Positions 24,067 to 28,379 of a stretch of 28,379 bases of DNA are shown one piece after another (within the stretch, counting starts at the first letter, position 1; each line of letters starts with the position of its first letter). Made by a program: the position numbers and the translations under genes. This DNA is from Dimargaris cristalligena (taxonomy: Eukaryota), in contig ML002212.1 in NCBI GenBank assembly GCA_003614675.1, positions 62,001-90,379 on the forward strand, given 5' to 3'. Below the pieces are notes generated by a model that saw nothing but the letters and a program-made list of their open reading frames with translations, searched no databases and was not told the DNA's origin.

Positions 24067-24466
24067 CTGAGGCAAAAGGTTGGTTAGGCCAGGACAGGAG
24101 AGCAAGCGAGGTTGTATGCGCATACACCGAGACGTAAGTTTAGGGAGGGAAAGGCAACTTAAGGGGAAAGCAAAACACGGAGAAAGAATAAACACCGACC
24201 GAATACAACTACAATCAATCAATTATCAATCCATTGATTGACAACGGGTGGGTGGGGTGAATATACTGAGAGGGGGAAAGTGACAGCGCCAGCCTAAAGG
24301 GTTGGCGGACGCGGTGCATCTTATATGGCAATGCACAGGATTGGGGGGACGGTTACTCAAGTCCCTCCCGTTCATTGGTAGCTGGGCTAATCGCTGTTGG
24401 CGGTGAAATGCTTCCATTCGAACCTTCTTTGCGACAGGTCAATCCCCCAGTGTTGCACCCGCCTAC
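24067..24466 (-). other. Probable 5'-UTR intron of PMC1 (acceptor at 24067; donor either GTATGC at 24125 or GTAGGC at 24466)
   Basis: The minus strand reads CCTAACCAACCTTTTGCCTCAG (branch, pyrimidines, CAG) 177 nt upstream of the ATG. Two candidate donors exist, and a TATATA lies at 24515-24520. Confidence 0.45.
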
Positions 24467-25563
24467 TCCTGGTCGCTTCTAAGAGCCAACCAACCCCTCA
24501 TAAAGAAAGGGGGCTATATAGAAGACATGCGAGTTTCTCCCACCCACCTCACTGGTAATACAACCACCACCGTATACTATATACTGGGAGGTAGGATTCT
24601 GGTAAATAGAATAGGTAGGCCGCGCCGGGACTGCCTCGTGCGCGCCGAATCGAGCAGCTACAACAGCTTAAGCATGGCCGGCCACGCGCCACACTGAACC
24701 TGCAGCACTTGTATGGGGGGCGAGCTTGCGAACATAGAGGGACGACATCAGACCGTCGCCCAGGAAAAGGTCGGCTGATTTCGAGGGTTCGACCATGTAT
24801 GAAGGGCGGGGGTGATCCTGCCCTCAATCTCTCTCGTCTACCATTCTATCAACCGGGAGTCCCAGGGGTGGCCAAGGGTTTAGTGCGATTCTCCCCCGCC
24901 TAGGTGCGGTTCTAGAATGGAGAGGGTGCGGGGATGCATCCAGCTGCCAAGGCTTCCGGTTTGTTATCCGTAGCCACATATCCTGCCGTATACGAATGCC
25001 CAGTGCTTCGAAACAGAAAGGAAACACCAGGCATGTGGGATCATAATGACCCCGATCCAACGACAAGCATCAGCCGCGGGTCCCATAGCCACCGGGCTTA
25101 TTTGGACTATGAAGCCAGGAGGGGGAAAGAGAGGGGTATTTGCCAGAACATGCGCTATTTGGTGGCCAGGTTTTTGTTAACTAACTACTACCCAAACATC
25201 CGGGACCCGCGCCATTCGATTAGAATATTCTTCCTGTATTTTCACACTATTCCTTCAGTGTGGGGAAGCGGCTTGCAGATCCATCTTCACACCCTTCGTC
25301 GGTCATCCTTTGCTTTCCTCCGCCGTCCACACTGGGAAAATAGGAAACTATGTATAAATCCACCTCCCCCTAATAACAACTACCACTCACGGGTGGAAAA
25401 GCCTATACTCGGAAACACCTTCCTCCGGAAAAACATTCCCAGCCAATTAATGGATTCCAATCCAGTCCATTGGCGCCTATGATCTGGCTAAACCATTACG
25501 CGTGACCTAAATGCTGACCGCCCCTTACTCGCTCAATCCCGGGCTATTGGAGGAAAATTCGGG

Positions 25564-25911
25564 CACCTCCGAAAAAATAATGAAAATTTTTCTAACCACC
25601 ACCAAGTCTTTCTGAAGCACTCGGGCAGCTGGACCTCCCCGCCAGTACTTTGCTCCCCGTCGCTGTCTTGTTTGGGTTTAATCATATCGCGCTAGAGCGT
25701 CTAAATCACGATTTAGCTGCTTCAATCATACAGTCGCGTACATTGCACAAACCCTGGAAAATGGAACTTAAGCGTTCGCTTCCTACTCCCAATTTACAGC
25801 CCCCTATCACAGACATATATCAAATCCGTATGACAAGATTCCTGCCTCCCCATACAATAATATAGTTGGTGTTCCCTTCCCCTCATACTCCCACCTCCGA
25901 AAAAAAATAAT
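25564..25911 (+). repeat. Dispersed direct repeat CACCTCCG(A)nTAAT, two copies
   Basis: 25564-25581 CACCTCCGAAAAAATAAT and 25892-25911 CACCTCCGAAAAAAAATAAT differ only in A-tract length. Confidence 0.75.
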
Positions 25912-28379
25912 CAATAATACAATTCCCTATATTTCTGAGAGTATGGAGTAGCGTACAATCGGGCTTGTGGCCCAGTCAGCTGTTGCTGCGTTGATTTTTG
26001 GCGCATTTCATTTGTCAACGCCGCCTCACCTTCGAAACAGTCCAATGTCCCCGTTTTTAACCCCGTGCACCACAGTCAAACCCACCGACAAAATTATTAT
26101 CAGTTGAAGTGGAACCTACACCCCCGAAATAGAGTCAAGGTCTATTACCAGTTAGCGCCCATTCGTTTTTGGAAGCTATTGAGAAATAGCCTTATACACG
26201 CGTATGAATTTCGTATCCAATCATCATTGTCCCCCATCCCTCCAACGTGCCCATCTATTCTTTATTTCTACATGGAACATTTCTAACTGTGTGCTCTTCA
26301 CATTTGGTCTGCCACTTCACCGGGCGCTGGTTGGTAAATAACATGAACGTGAATCCAAGCCACATACAGCGTCCCAAATCTTACCGTCTTGGGGGGGGGG
26401 GGGTGGTGAGGGAAGGCCGGTGATAAAAGTCCATTTTTTCACCACCAGTAGACATCCGACTCACTTTTCCAGAAGCTTTCTACAAGGATGGTCGTCTGCC
26501 GATCCTTAGGGCCTCTTACCTTTGTCAAGTATCAATATACCAAGTTGAATCGAGGGAAATCCGGCATTTCAATTTACGTGGCCCGCATATCCGTTTTCCC
26601 AACTCCGCCAGGTCTGATGCTATTCGGAGTGAAAATGGGCTGATTGCAATTTCTCCCTAACTAGGACCGTGTGTAATAACGAAAGTATATGTTATTTCAG
26701 GTGGTTTCGTTATTACCACAAGGTCTTCTTGCCTTTGTAATGCCCAGATACACTCGAATTTCCGGGATTTCTACGCCTGCAAGCCATCGTCCGTATACGT
26801 TATATTATCAGTATGTTCATGTGCACTACAGGGGTACTGAATTAGGAGGAGGGTGGTAGTTCCTTCCATAAATATATAAGCACTGGGGTGGGCAAACTTG
26901 TGAATTACCCGTCAAAAGAGTGTTTTCTGATTGGTGCTGTTAACAATGCACTGGTTGCGGGTATATTGGTACAATGGGCTGGGTAGTAGTTTTATCGCAG
27001 ATAACGACCACAAGTACCATGGAAATGGGGGTTTCGGTTTATTTTTCCAACATTCCAAAATGATCGGCGGTCCTTATTAGGAAAACCCTCGTTCAAATTC
27101 ATCGTCTAATTAACAGTTGAATACTTATTTCCCCTGGGCATATATTGTAACGTGTTACTGAGGGGGGTGGGACTTATCTGAGAATAGACAAATCGAGGTG
27201 GGATTTGGAGTATTCACAATTTGTGATAAATTTAGATTTAGATACTTATTTTATTAACACATAGCGAGTTCACGGTGATGCGTATGCCTTTTCCTTTTAT
27301 TGCTCTGTTGCCAGAGGTGGTTCCGATGGACCGACTGTTGCTCGTTGGACGGTGTCGAGGTCCTGCTCTGCCGGGATTTCAGGAAGCCTGTTAGTTTTCC
27401 GGTGGCAGGTCTCGGCTAGTGGTTGCAATATTAGTGCTGAACACCCTCATATTATAGTGAATTATTGGTTGGAGGGCGGGAACTCCGATTCACCTAATTG
27501 AAAATAGCTGATCCGGACTTTGGTTTGGACGGACTTAATTAGACAATATCCCTAGGAATGGGTTCCTTCGTACGTCCCTACGGGATACATTCCACACTAA
27601 AATTTAAGATTTTGAATGTAATAGAGGTGATGAAATGGATCGGAAATTGATTTTTTTAAGCAACGAAACTTGCCGCACTATATAGACGTTTTATTCTACG
27701 ACAGGTTTGGGTCCTGCCCGTATGGACTTTACAGATAGTAATTGGTGCGTAGTAATAGCGGTCGACGACTATTTCTCATTCGACATTACATGAGCAGATA
27801 TCCAGACCACAGTCCCAAATAAACAGGCCCTTAAAGCCCATCGTAACCAGTACACCTTCCTAATGCTTTAATTCGATGAGTACTACCAACGCCCAACCCC
27901 TTCCCTCGGTTTCATACTATTTTTAACTATGAATCGGGGTTTTCCCGCATGGTACTCTATCAATTAATCACTGATACCACTGTAACTCCCCCGTCGGCAC
28001 GGCGGCCCTTCAAAGTCGCAGAAGAAGGCGAAGAAAACCACCATTGGAATATTCCGTTTAGAAGCTGGCCTGACTGTTCGCATTTCCCATAGGTTATATT
28101 GCCTCTAGTGTCACCCATTGTCCGCCTCTTTCCTTGGACCTCTTCCATTAGGAAAAGTCTATATCCGCCTGACATTGCTATATCGTGCTAATTTCCTGCA
28201 CAACCTCCGCGAGAAACGGATTATACAAAAGAGCGGGTTATCGGAGACTGGGGTGATTGGACTTGGCAACTCGAGGTCATGGGCCGAAACCTCCACCGAA
28301 GGCCACGCATTTATTGGCAACTTCATTTAATAACGTAAGTGAGGCCTAGTCCAGCTGTATACTAAATAATCTGGCTGGT

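Noticed and set aside
24934..25482. 182-aa plus-strand ORF upstream of PMC1
   Set aside because: No domain-like features, and its composition and codon usage resemble intergenic DNA rather than the real genes here.

Overview
Eukaryotic, fungal-looking genomic DNA with GC-rich coding regions, few GT-AG introns with CTAAC-type branch points, and long intergenic spacers. The presence of DDX41 and a GLUT-like transporter suggests a non-Saccharomyces, possibly early-diverging fungus, which is inference only. Gene order: 3' part of NSA2 (+, one intron); DDX41/Abstrakt DEAD-box helicase (-, one intron plus an unexplained +1 frameshift); a ~7 kb gene-free spacer; a sugar-porter MFS transporter (+, one coding intron and a probable 5'-UTR intron); a class-3 fatty aldehyde dehydrogenase (-); a 75-aa secreted cationic/hydrophobic orphan peptide (-); a 1596-aa PMC1/PMCA-type Ca2+-ATPase with very large low-complexity inserts (-); then ~4.4 kb of upstream DNA with possible exon fragments. 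No CRISPR array, tRNA, rRNA or recognisable transposon was seen. I cannot support a multi-gene novel system. The best leads are the orphan secreted peptide, an H/ACA-snoRNA-like fold in the transporter's 5'-UTR intron, the DDX41 frameshift, and several introns whose sequence could sequester their own 5' splice site. All RNA structures were paired by eye, not computed.
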